DNA of 63,322 nt, filler included, from Platydemus manokwari (lineage: Eukaryota): NCBI GenBank assembly GCA_037951405.1. It is 5 parts of 5 records of this genome, joined end to end, with 100 filler letters (N's around TTAATTAATTAA, not from the genome) between each part and the next. Parts side by side here need not be neighbours in the genome. Positions count along the whole stretch, not along the records: positions 1 to 16,447 come from JBBMOY011173655.1; positions 16,548 to 25,327 come from JBBMOY011351204.1; positions 25,428 to 36,441 come from JBBMOY010976639.1; 2 more parts are not named here. One strand, written 5' to 3'. The position numbers and the translations under genes were made by a program. The notes beneath the pieces were generated by a model. It had not been told where the DNA came from, did no database searches, and was given only the letters and a program-made list of their open reading frames with translations. This document shows positions 14,501 through 26,400 of the stretch, piece by piece. The stretch's first letter is position 1. Each line of letters opens with the position of its first letter.

Positions 14501-16206
14501 ATATTCAATTTATATTTTAAAGTAACTAAAATATATTTTCGAAAATATTATTAGATAAATAAAAATGATAAATAAATTTAAATTAAAATTACTTTATCAT
14601 ATCTTCTTTAATTAAAAAACAAAATGTCGGTCGACCTTTAAGTCTCCACCAGTTTGCCAAGAAATTGAAATCGCTCTAAATAATTAATAAATAAAATAAT
14701 AATCCAAATAAACTCCATTAAATATTTTATACATTTCAAAAATCGTTTTGTTATCAAAATATTAAATGATAATCATAAATTTACATATATAGACTGGATC
14801 ACAAAAATAATTTTTAAATATATTTATGAATTCATCCCATTATTGGTTTGGGAATTTCCAACACTTCCATAGCGCAATGGGCACATATGCACAGTTTCCA
14901 AACTCTAAATTCATTAACAAGTATATTATTTAATACGGTTTACTACTACCAGATTTATAAATTATTGTGCAAGCAGTATTTTTCCAGAAATATTATCAGT
15001 ACATCAATAGTTGGTTTATAATCGAACATTTCAATTATCGGAAATTTTTGTCCGAGATTATACAGACAATAATAATAACTATATTAGGCAAAGACTAGTT
15101 TTGTTTTTTAATGATATTTCAAGAAAAAATACTCGACTTATGTTTGGTCGAGTTGGTAACAACAAATAAAATTATAAAATATTACGAAAATACTATCTTG
15201 CAAAAAATTGGGTAGGTTTTCCAAATTTTTACCAAATGTTTTGAATATTTCAATGGAATCAACATTTATTGCTTCTCTAACCACAAAACATTACAAATGT
15301 GGGAACAAAATATAACTCAATCAATCAGTTATAAAATGTCAAAATAATCTTTACTAAATTATTAAATGCAAAACTCCCAATAATAGATATTCAAGAACTG
15401 AAAAACCTGAGTTATTTTTTGGGCTCATATGATCGATTTGATAAAAGAATGAAATATATTTCCTAAGCAACAAAAAACTGTTTATCGGTGTAATGGAAAA
15501 TGTTGGTGTGATTTTTTGTTAATTAATTTTAATTTTGGAGTTTGTGAAGCTTGATCCTTTTCGACGAACGGATTCGACAAAATTTCAGCGGGATCTGAAA
15601 TTGTTAATGTCATTTCTTATAAAGAGTTATAAAAATCACATCACTAGCCTATACATTAATTAATTAATTAATTAAAATCAATCACTGCTAATGTAGTTCA
15701 GTTACATTTCTCATCAATCTTGAGAATGAAATAGAAAATATTTCCTTGTTCAAGAAATGAAGAATCGAGAATGAAGACAAACACTAGACTTAGAAATACA
15801 TTATGAGATTATCAAATAATTATTATTTCAATCATTTATTTACGAATTTTATTATAAAATAATATTAATGCTTTTGCTAATAATTAAATTTATAAGATAA
15901 AAGTTAAAAAGTCAACAATTTTAGTTATCGAATTCAATAACTAACTTTAACTTCAGCAACCACCACATTCATATCATGCATTAAATAAAAGTCTTCTATC
16001 TCAAATAACAGAGGATAGCTAAGAACTGTATTTCCAGATATTCTAAAATCAAAACAAATTCATAATTCATAAATCTTAACAAATTACCGATAGAACTTGC
16101 TAGTACCAAGTTGTCCAACAGGTCTAGAAGGACGTCCTGTCAAATTTATATCCTTGCTACAACCCATAGCTTTAAAAACTCTGGTTAACTGATCTGGAGG
16201 CCATAT
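8560..16206 (-). CDS. PHKB: Phosphorylase b kinase regulatory subunit beta, 3' nine-plus exons (5' part lost at the spacer)
   Basis: Exons 16206-16088, 16042-15946, 14675-14593, 14402-14312, 13215-13039, 12986-12793, 11774-11478, 10460-10166, 9009-8777, 8731-8560, all GT-AG and phase-consistent. Motifs IWPPDQL..LTGRPSRPVGQLGTSKFYRI, WRLKGRP, SPFEVKQLL, RQLDGCLSRAP, ILERNEEL, and C-terminal GTTSYLAKA...DACLIS* (beta-type CaaX box). Confidence 0.95.
10931..11001. mobile_element. 71-bp TTAA-flanked MITE (piggyBac-like), copy 1, in PHKB intron
   Basis: TTAA|CACGTTGACGGACAG...CTGTCCGTCAATGTG|TTAA: 15-bp TIR with 1 mismatch and a TTAA target duplication. A second copy lies at 59278-59348 in the opposite orientation. 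Confidence 0.85.
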
Positions 16207-16447
16207 CTAAATATCCGATTACATAATTATTGCAATATATGTGTTGATATCTAAACATCCGTTTTACATGTAATTATTGTTCTCAACTATAAGTTCATTT
16301 TCAGCCAGATTATAACGTTCTTTATCATTTTCCAAGTGTATTGAGTGATCCATCATCAAATTTAAAAATATATATATGCTTAAGCAACTTAGAGCAATAA
16401 AGCGCTTTATGAAGTGGTTAAGATCATAATAATAAAGTTATATAAAT

Positions 16448-16547
16448 NNNNNNNNNNNNNNNNNNNNNNNNNNNNNNNNNNNNNNNNNNNNTTAATTAAT
16501 TAANNNNNNNNNNNNNNNNNNNNNNNNNNNNNNNNNNNNNNNNNNNN
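16448..16547. other. Assembly spacer (N44-TTAATTAATTAA-N44)
   Basis: Six-frame stop linker inside Ns; artificial. Confidence 0.97.
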
Positions 16548-17849
16548 TTTCTTTAATAAACACTCAATTGTTCTAAAAAAATTCCGGTTTTTAAGTTATA
16601 GACCCAATAATAATAATAATAATGTCTTCTGAATTGATCATTGGATTCATCAACACAAAATTCTTCTTAAATATTGATTATTGGCTTTTAGATGAATGAG
16701 GAAAGAAATGTTTTACAATTCAGCTATTTCATCAATTACAATTTATTCTTGAAAATCATTCAACAAATAAATGAAACAAAACTTAATTATCTCTTTCATT
16801 TAATTGAAGAATTTGAAAACTATTGAGACAATGTGCTCTTCTAACTAACCGGTCTTGGTTAGATAATTATTTGGAATTAATGACATCGCTTATTAAATTA
16901 TTTTCTTTCTTTCATCCGTATAGTATTGTAAGACTGCTTTTATTGATAATCTGTCTCTATGTTGTCATTATTAACATATATTATTTATTCCTATACAAGT
17001 ACCGTATTATTTGTTGTTCGTTATAAATCATATTGATTCAAGATTTATCGTTATCATGGACTACTTAATATAATGACAGTGATTATATATATAATAATAT
17101 TTTCTAAATAATATACTCTCTAAGCATTTCTACTTCCAAATCTTATTTATATAAATGCCTTCAATTTTCCTTCATAGAAAGATGAATTCGCTTGCAAACA
17201 AACGGTGAACATATATCGATCTTTAATAATATGATATTAATAACATATTAGGCAAAAAACAATGTTTTATATTTCCAATGAATCAAATTTTCGATATAAA
17301 TCTTTATCTTGATAAATAAAGAACCCACTTCAACTTATGAAAGATCCAATTAAATCAATTCGTTGCATTTATCGTTTAATGATTGGTTAAAATAGTTTCT
17401 ATTATTTATATAAATCATTATCTTAAATGAGAACTCATATTATATAAATAAATAAATAATTTGATAAATATTCAAATCTAATCAACTTGTCGTCACATTT
17501 TGCTTGACAATTATATTTTAATATTAATTTATTATTATTTTGTTTATATTTTCTAGTTATTTAGTTTTGTGATTTATCAACAATAAAATATGTAAGAGAG
17601 AGAGCTTGGTTTAAATGTGAGCAATTTTGATGAATATTAATCACAATCATGTATTTTAATATGTGCTGATATTTTGTCATCATCATTTATTGATTGACTT
17701 TTCCTGATCTAGTTGACCATAATGTTTTATTATTTTATATTTATTTGATAAATTATGAATATAAATATCGGTAAATATATTTTTTGGGTACCAATACATT
17801 AATTAAAATATTGTGCATAAAATATATACATGACACGTTCCTTTTGAAT

Positions 17850-19135
17850 TTTTAATTGCTTCATGGCAGCTGCCATTACATTCAAGTAAATTAAACATTT
17901 ATAATTAGAAGTAGTTTCTCTAGAATCATACGATTTCCGCAATAACAACATCTGTGAATGCCAGATTTGTATACACAGGTTCCCCAACAACCGTAAAAAT
18001 GTGCATCTAATCACACATTCTCTAATTATTAACAATTTCTTTATTAAATTATTAAAGTATTATTTTGACTCTGGATATTAAATATTATACACAGGGCATC
18101 CAAGCCTCATTTTATAAAGATTAATAGAAAGATGAATTTGCTTCAAACAAAACAGAGAACATACGTCTATGCATTACCATTCATCAACATTATGGGGTTC
18201 ACTTCAAATTCTATTTTAGGGGATATATCTGAAGCATCACTTCTTTTACATAACCCTGTAGATAAAACTCCAATGGCTTTGAGTCCGGTGATCCGGGTGA
18301 CGAATTCAACGGTTTGGAAAGTTAATATTTGAATAAGTGATAATGAATAGGTAAATTTGAATGGGAATTCATCCAACATGAGCACATTCCGACATTCTAC
18401 AATAGTCTGAAAGTCGGGTTATGAAGCTTGGAGAGATAATTATCATGGTAAATAATTTTCGTGAAGAAATTGTGCGTACCTTGTACCATATTCTCCACCC
18501 AAATTGTGGCACAGTTATGATGATTAATTGATCAATTGAGATAGAACTTGGTTTAATATATCTGAAAAAATTCATGCTAGAGTTGAGAATTCTGTTGTAG
18601 AGATGCCATGCAAACCCATCATTATTTCGCTCTTGCTACAAAGAAAAGTGATAGCTTTTGAGATCCGGATTTATTTTAAAAATATGATAAACTGAAGATT
18701 TTGAAATGCTAAAATTCGCAAACTCCTTTCGTATGGAGAAAGTATTGCTCATTTCAATTACCGCCTTAGCAACTTCACCGATTATATTATAATAAATATC
18801 ATCATATGGTTTGGCCTTTATTTTTTTGATTAACACTTCCAGTCGATTCAAATCTTACAATTAAACAAGGAATTGACTTGGAATCGGTTAATCTACCGTA
18901 AAATTATTCAAAAATTCGTACAATTGTGAGATAATTTCCTATTTAAAATAATCTCTTTACAATAAAGATACGTTGTCGTGACATGGTTGAAACTGACCAG
19001 ATGCGCCCTAATCAAGCGATCAATAATAGAGAATCTGAATAAAGTTATTCGAAATTATTAAAATACAGCAAATACCATTCAATTAATTTCTGCAGTTTTT
19101 GCTTGAAGGGCTTCAATGTTGGACATCCGGGATAT
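17850..19135. other. Possible uncharacterised multi-exon gene, strand unresolved
   Basis: Coding-like composition and many 32-54 nt GT-AG candidates on both strands (minus 18939-18971 and 19035-19075; plus 17886-17923 and about 18057-18094). No clean full model or family match obtained. Confidence 0.3.
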
Positions 19136-20225
19136 CTATTTAAATAAATATTAAAAATTCCATTGATCAAAACGAATCATAATAGGACTTAATAATATAT
19201 ACTTAATTTTCATAAGTGGAGAATTTATTCTTAATTTAATACCTTTTTTCCTTGTATCATACTTTCTTATATTGCTATGGAAATGATCGTTGTTGCTCTA
19301 GCAGGATTATAATTACCATTTGTTATCAATTAATTAAATCTGTCTATTATTAAGATCAAATGTGTTATTTTTAATTTATGCTAATTTTATACCAATTAAT
19401 AATTTATTTCCAAAAAACGCTCAAAGATGAATATCAATTTACCTGGTAGCTCAAGCCCTAAATTGTGAATTGTTATTTTAATCTTAATTTTTATAGAATT
19501 TAAATTTATTGTCATGTAAAAACTACTATTTTGAATTTTTTGTTAATTTTCATATATTCTTATATTGAACATAATTTATGTTATCCGTGATTAAAATCGT
19601 TTTTAAATGTGATGACTGATATTTTGTTACCAAATTTTATTATGACTCATACTCAAATTCCTGAAAATATATTATCTGTGGCTATTTAATATCTTATCAA
19701 GAGTATATGATAAACTACATAATAATTTGAAGATATTATGAGGTTGATGGATATAAATCGAGCTTACTGTAGTAGCTGACAAGTACAAGTAAATATTGTG
19801 TTTTACCTGAGATCATGGTACGGTGTGCAATAATTAATGATAATATTTGAATTCTTTAAAAAATGAAATAAAAGTAAGTTAAGAATAAAAGATTCATTAA
19901 AGAAATTGTTTTTCAAACAAAAATGTAATTTAAGAAAACGCTTAACCGGTTCTTAACATCAAATTTGATTTAATAAGTAAATATAAATTCCGCTATTTTA
20001 AATAATAGAAAAATTCTTAAGGAATATTTCTATTCTATTAATCAATTAACTAAAAGTAATTAATTTAAAAGAATAACAGAAATGCATTATAGATGCATTA
20101 GAAATTCAATATTTTTGAAATAGGTTACACAAACTATTTAAAATATTGTTTCAGTAAATTGTTTGAACTTCTAAATGATTATATATTATTAATTTTATTT
20201 ATCTAGTTTTAAATCAAATTTTTAG

Positions 20226-20519
20226 ATATGTCCAACGTCAAGTTTTTTAACTGGATCCGTATCACCAAATCCAGAATCACACCCAATACACAAATTTTGG
20301 GAAGATGGGATCAATTATTCTATTAATTGTGATGATATGATGATAACCGGACGTCATTTAGTAGAAGAATATGATTTTTGTCAAAAAACATTTAACATTC
20401 CAGAGAAGGAATTTATCAGAACTAATCTTAATGCTGCAAAATCGTCATTCCTAAATGAAGATGAAAAAGATATTTTATTGGATCATTTAAATAAGGCATA
20501 TGCTGGACAACGTATTTGA
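20226..20519 (+). CDS. ADA: Adenosine deaminase, terminal exon only
   Basis: After acceptor tttag: ICPTSSFLTGSVSPNPESHPIHKFWEDGINYSINCDDMMITGRHLVEEYDF...EFIRTNLNAAKSSFLNEDEKDILLDHLNKAYA*. Matches the ADA C-terminus (ICPxSS, YSxNxDD, NAAKSSFL). Confidence 0.9.
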   Translation: MCPTSSFLTGSVSPNPESHPIHKFWEDGINYSINCDDMMITGRHLVEEYDFCQKTFNIPEKEFIRTNLNAAKSSFLNEDEKDILLDHLNKAYAGQRI

Positions 20520-20619
20520 TCTGCGATTGATAATGTTTTGAATTATAACTATTAAAATATATTTTTGTGATTATAATTGAGGCTTGTTTTAATATTCAAT
20601 CAACTACATATTTATTTAA

Positions 20620-21108
20620 ATGTCCGAGACTTATTCTAATTTAAATTCTGAAATTCTAATTAACAATATTGAATCTTCTTATACTGTAATGACAGTTTAT
20701 CAATTTAATTAAATTACTTTTATATTAGGTTCTTTTTCACAAACTATCTACAATAACTAATATCGCAGACAACCAATTGAATAATGGTTCTATTATCATT
20801 TTTATATTTTCATTAACAGATAACTTAGAGTCGAAAAATTGTGCAAATAGAATCATTGAAACTCTTGAAAAAGTAAACTCTTGGTTCGATGAACAAAAGT
20901 TATTTTCTAGTGATAATCTCGAAGATAAAGAATCCAAGGTAAATTGGTAACATATTGTCGTTTAATACATTTATAGGCCTTCGAAATTTTGGATGAAGAA
21001 TTAAAAAGAAAATCAGAATTGATTAAAGAAATTGAATTACGTATTTCTGGATATAAAGATAAAGTTAATGATTTACAATTGTCCATCGGTTGTAATATGA
21101 ATAGCTGA
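20620..21108 (+). CDS. MED28: Mediator of RNA polymerase II transcription subunit 28-like (4 exons, about 124 aa); not in ORF track
   Basis: Exons 20620-20685, 20729-20786, 20820-20938, 20977-21108 (introns 43, 33, 38 nt, GT-AG). MSETYSNLNSEILINNIESSYTVLFHKL...NRIIETLEKVNSWFDEQKL...EILDEELKRKSELIKEIELRISGYKDKVNDL resembles MED28 helices (LxxxxESS(F/Y); ELxRKxxL). Gene structure is strong; identity rests on motif recall. Confidence 0.7.
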
Positions 21109-21579
21109 ATAAATATATTTTTAAAAATTTGATAACTTATGTTGTTATAGTTTATTTTATATTTCTTAGGGTATTTTATTTAAGATATTCTTCAAATTAT
21201 TTTTATTTGATTTCGAGATGCTTTGTGCTTTTTGGGAATTTAAGTGAAAATCTATAAAATTATCAGAATATTTAGAAAATGAAATCTCTTATTAGTAGAT
21301 ACAATCTATTGATAGGCATTTGAAATTTAAGAATATTATTTGATGGCTAACAAATAGGAAGTATTAATTCACTCCTTAGATCAAAGTTCTAATAAAATCA
21401 CTTAATCTGCTATACTTTTCAATTCAATATAATTTCTGCGCTTTTTTCAAACTTGATGATAATTTTCTGATATAATCTGGAGTGTGCATTAATTGAAAAT
21501 TAAAGAAGATTTATTACAAAACATAAGAATTTCTCTTGTGAAAATCGAAGTCAGAAATTCTGGTTTTTATTGTCCTAAT

Positions 21580-22130
21580 TTTGTAAGTCGTATTCGGTTT
21601 TCACAGGCATGAATATGTTCACTGTTTGCTTTTCTTTAGTCTAATCTTCTCGTTCCGCGATCACTCCGTACTTCATCAATTACCGGGCTAAAATATAATA
21701 CAGAATATAGTTATGTAACAATAATAAAACTCATCTCCGTGGCGAAATTTTTTCTGACCTAAAATGAAAATACAAGATAATATTTATTCTATATTTTATT
21801 ATCGATTTAAACATGATTTTCTCCATGACGAGATGATCTTAGCAATCAAATTTGTCAACTTCAGAATGATTGAAAAGCTTATTCACTACTGAGATCAATC
21901 TCTTTTGTATACAAGAAGCAAAGACAGACTCAGAACTGTTCAACAACCGAAAACCTACTATGCTGTGAATATAATAGTCATTCTTTGCTGGCATAGGCAT
22001 ACCGAAAGTCAGAAAAAAGTCATACAGAAAAAAGTTAACTTCTATCACTTTCTTAAACAACTGTCTGATCTTTTCATCGAACCAGAGTTCTCTGGGCTTA
22101 CCATCCGTTTGTCCATTTTTAGATTTCAAT
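21580..22130 (-). repeat. Dispersed repeat with intron/exon-like structure, copy 1
   Basis: 21580-21850 is highly similar to 43080-43337, including minus-strand gt...ttttag segments of about 50 nt. An upstream 96-codon ORF fragment lies at 21839-22129. Confidence 0.75.
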
Positions 22131-22429
22131 ACGGATTTTCCAAATGACCTTAATGTCGATTAGTTTTGATGCAATAAAACAAATTTAAAAATTTTATGAA
22201 TATTTGTAATTTCTGGCATTATAATTTCCTTAATTAGAAAAAAATATATTAATTTATTTTTATTTTGTTTTATTTGGTTGGGTCAAAATGGCCTGGTTAG
22301 TTCCCCAGAAAAATGTCATCAATATCTTTTCTCTTTGGGGAACCAAACGGAACTCCAAAATACTTATGTTGGTTCTTTTCACCCACTACTGGAATATCAA
22401 TATCGTATATTCTGAGAACCATTCTTTTC

Positions 22430-23120
22430 ACCAAATCACAACAGAAATATCCACATTAACATTAAGTAAGATAAACCTTACTAGCTAAATACACAATCCT
22501 ACCTAAGCTATCACCAATCTCTCCTGCATTATAAGAAACAACTACTAAGACGTCAGCATAAGCCAATATGAAAATTTCCATATTAGGTAGTGTGAGAGGT
22601 CTTCTGCAAATTATTGCAAGACTTAATAAGGAAGTCTATCAATAAGCAAAACAATAACATCGACTATGGTCAACCTTGCTTGACACATTTAACCACATCA
22701 ATAGAAGGAGTGATTATATTCTCACAATGATATGTAGTACTCACACGATTATACAAATTTTTCAAAAGTTTGATTGTGTTGGATGCACAACCCACATTTT
22801 CTAGATTCAACCAAATTATCTCATGAGGCAAGCTAGGAAATGCTTCTTTAAGATCTAACCAAACAAAATAGCAATTTGTCCTTGACATATAAATTGAAGG
22901 CATGCATTGTGATCAGCACAACCATCTTCAGACACGAGTGTTTTTTGATTCTCAGAAATTAAATATTCACTGATAATCCAACAGAGGATACGAACGCTAA
23001 TAATGTTATAAAACAATTTATTGGACGTGTCCATTAGCGTAATTGGTCGAAAAGATGACACTTAGTGTGTTTGCCCAACCTTCAGTGGTTTTAATATGAG
23101 GGAATTCTTAAATTGCTTCC
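22430..23120 (-). mobile_element. Pseudogenised non-LTR retrotransposon reverse transcriptase (R2/NeSL-like)
   Basis: Fragments SSFRPITLMDTSNKLF, LISENQK..EDGCADH, VWLDLKEAFPSLPH, VKQG*P*S and ILAYADVLVVV (YADD changed to YADV). Frameshift and stops present. Confidence 0.88.
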
Positions 23121-24086
23121 ACTGATCAGGCACCCCCGCCCCGAGCTTAACATTTAATTAAAGAACTTATGCAACAACACCAATACTTGAAAAACAAGCC
23201 ATCATTACCAGGTTTTGGCTCACATAAATTGGCTCATTTGTGAAAAGGTCTTCTGAATATGGAACGTCGACATTAAAAGTAGAAAGAGGTGGTGGAGATT
23301 GATGTTTAAAATGAGAGGTAATATCTTCAATGAATGGTAGAGATGCTAAAGTAGAAGAAGGTAATAACCTCTATTAATTTTTTCGGCAACACTGTATATT
23401 CTTTGCTTTACTCAAAGATTGATTTAGAAGGTCCTACTTTTCCATCCGACTTACATTTAATATTGGATCAAAACCTATCAGGATATACCCGTGATATTGC
23501 CTTTCTACCAAAATCAAGGATTACCAAATTCATTTAGATTTGTACTGCATATAGTAAGATACAATACATTTATAACTAATTATTTTTACTCTTAAATTTT
23601 CAATTTGTGATTACTACCATTATGTTCATCGTGTTTATCCTCTTTTTATAGTACATACGGTAATTGGTTATACATCTCCAGATATTTTTATTAATTAAAA
23701 ATTAGAATTCCTTTCATGAAATAGTTAAATATGATAATCTGTCACAATGACAACTTATTTTAAACGATATATACATTTTTTAAAAACAATAAGTAAAGAA
23801 CTATTAATTATATCTTTTAAATTAAATTTCTTTATCACTTTTATTTTGTCAATATCATATTTATGTATTAATTTCTTAATAAAATATTTTAGATATTTTG
23901 TTTAAATATGTGATTTAATTTATTTTGTCTCACTGCTAAATTATTTTTATTTCAAATTAAATTTAATTAGAAAAATAATTAGTAGTATTTAAATATTTTT
24001 AGTTTTGAATCAAATATCTTCATGCTACTTGATTAATATTTTGTAATTGTTTTAACTTATTTTAGCTATTGGTATTATTTTTCTTT

Positions 24087-24815
24087 ATGGGTATTCCATT
24101 GGATAACTTTGCTGGTGAGGTGGATGAGGAATTATTCTGTGCTATATGTAAAAGTGTTCTAGATAATCCCGTCCAAGTAGGATTGCCTAGTCTTCAATAA
24201 TTATCGATCTTTATTGCTATAAAATATCTAGGCATCAAAATGTGAACATACATTTTGCAATTCATGTATTATTGAATGGCTAAAATTTGATTCCAGTTGT
24301 CCAATTGATCGAAAAGTATTAACAAAATACGATTTAAAACCTGTACCACGCATCATTAAAAATCTGTTAAACAAATTGTCCACATTTTGTGAATTCAAAG
24401 TCGATGGTTGCCCGAAAATTATTAAATTGGAATATTTGGTATCTCACGTTAAAGAATGCGAATTTAATCCATCGAAACCTATCATGTGTCACAAAGGCTG
24501 TGGATCGGTGATGTCGAAAAATTCAACGGTTTGGTATTCGATTTTTTGAATAAACTTTAATCGACACTGTCGATAACAGGATCATAATTGTATTGAATCA
24601 TTGCGCAATACGATTCGTGAACAAGCTAAATCGTTGGAATTATTAGATAATAAATATTCCGAATTGAAATCAAAATATGAAGCTACCTCAGATGAAGTAT
24701 CGATATTAAAAGTATGATTTTGGGAAATGTTTAAATTTTGTTACCAAATGACCACCTTTTAACTTGATAACAGTTATTAAAAATGGACGGAATTATCGAA
24801 TATTCTTCGATTTGA
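24087..24815 (+). CDS. RNF41: E3 ubiquitin ligase NRDP1/RNF41-like (RING + TRAF/SIAH-type Zn finger + coiled coil); not in ORF track
   Basis: Exons 24087-24176, 24232-24528, 24580-24711, and probable 24774-24815. MGIPLDNFAGEVDEELFCAICKSVLDNPVQASKCEHTFCNSCIIEWLKFDSSCPIDRK...LKPVPRIIKNLLNKL...ECEFNPSKPIMCHKGCG...DHNCIESLR matches the NRDP1 N-terminus. 3' end uncertain. Confidence 0.9.
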
Positions 24816-25096
24816 AATTGGTAGCGATAGATTGATTACGTAATATACGTGAAGGGGTTAGGCGATGGAGTTTTATTAAGATAATATTTATAAATAAATA
24901 TATTATAAACAATATAAAATGTCATTTGGGCTCTATTAATATTTGTGAGATTCTCTTGTAATTTTTATTGGTTGAATATTTATGAACTTAATGGGTCATT
25001 TAACATACAAATCCTTTGACCTACATATGAATTAACCAATCAATTTCTTGACTGATATAATAATTAGCCTATATTATCTGACCTACATAATGATTT

Positions 25097-25327
25097 ATAA
25101 TAATAATAATTATTACGCTAATAATAATGATGATAATAATAATTTTAATAATAATGATAACAGTAATGTTGATAATAACAATGATGATTATGATAATAAC
25201 AATGATAATAATGGTAATAATCATGATAATAATAATGTTGATAATAATGGTAATAATCATGATAATAATAATGATAATATTAATCATAATTATAATAATA
25301 AGGATAATAATAATGTTGATAATAATA
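25097..25327. repeat. Degenerate (AAT/GAT)n trinucleotide microsatellite
   Basis: Run of aat/gat/cat/gtt triplets ending at the spacer; produces spurious poly-N and poly-I ORFs. Confidence 0.9.
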
Positions 25328-25427
25328 NNNNNNNNNNNNNNNNNNNNNNNNNNNNNNNNNNNNNNNNNNNNTTAATTAATTAANNNNNNNNNNNNNNNNN
25401 NNNNNNNNNNNNNNNNNNNNNNNNNNN
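25328..25427. other. Assembly spacer
   Basis: N44-TTAATTAATTAA-N44. Confidence 0.97.
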
Positions 25428-26099
25428 GGGAAAAATAATTTATATTTGGGAATTCTACTGGGTTACATGGTTTTAACAAAGGAGTAATATTTTTACAAGA
25501 ATTGTGGTTTTGTTTTAATGTTTTTATTTGGGTTTGTTTTAATGTTTTTATTGTTCAGTTTTGTTTGTTTTGAATTGTGTTAGGTGGGGATCCCAACATA
25601 ATTAAAGATTTATTATAGAACGTAATACATTTATGGTTTGTGACATTCAATTAATCAGTGAGATTGAGGATTACATAACCATAAGGCATCACCTTTTACG
25701 ATATTCGAGATAGGGAAATGAAAAGGTATGATCCCGAAAAATGTTAGGGCACTGGTTCCAGACTACTCGAAAGAAAGAAAAAATCACGACATTAACTGAC
25801 TAATAGACCGTCTTTAATTGGGTTGAGAATTCCTCAGCTTCGAATTTTTATTTAATTTTATAAATTCATTGGCTTTGAATTACCACTTTTGATTTGCCAG
25901 AGTGCTTGAAAGTGGTGACGATTTGAACAATTATTAGCTCTCGTTCTACCAGAGCCTCTGGGATGATAAAATTAGATTCTTTGGAAATTATAATAATTAA
26001 TTATGTTTTACCCTAGTCCTCGAGAATAGCTTTTCAAAGATCCAAGTTGATAGTACCATAGCAATACTAATATGCAACTTTGAAGGTCGGACAGTAATA

Positions 26100-26400
26100 T
26101 GCTATAACGTCAAAATTCTTAGTGAACAGTAATTTATTTAATTTGCTAATGTTTCTATCCCAGATTCCGAGAACCTTAAGTTCATTAAGAGCTTTCTACA
26201 GAACCGAACACAAAGACCTCACTACTATTGTGTGAATAGTGACAGTGCAATTGGACTTGTACTCCATTATCACTTTACTTAGCGGAATAAGCCAGGTTCT
26301 TTTCATCTACCTGATCCATAAGCCTGCCTTCATCGTGTAGTCATCTGATGTCTATTAATAATATCTTACGATTCGCACTATTTTTAAAATATATAGATCT
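26100..26400 (+). mobile_element. Decayed LINE (CR1/L2/Jockey-like) RT fragment
   Basis: ENLKFIKSFLQNRTQR at about 26169-26216 matches the LxWIxSFLxNRxQxV motif of these RTs; flanks degenerate. Confidence 0.5.

Noticed and set aside
17940-17975. KSGIHR peptide on the minus strand resembling ADA KSGIHRTVHAGE
   Set aside because: Wrong strand relative to the ADA exon and lacks HAGE; likely chance.
19034-19076. In-frame TGA formed at a candidate splice junction (possible selenocysteine)
   Set aside because: An alternative acceptor gives TGG, the gene model is unresolved, and no SECIS was identified.
25048-25383. Poly-Asn and poly-Ile ORFs
   Set aside because: Translations of an AAT microsatellite running into an N gap.
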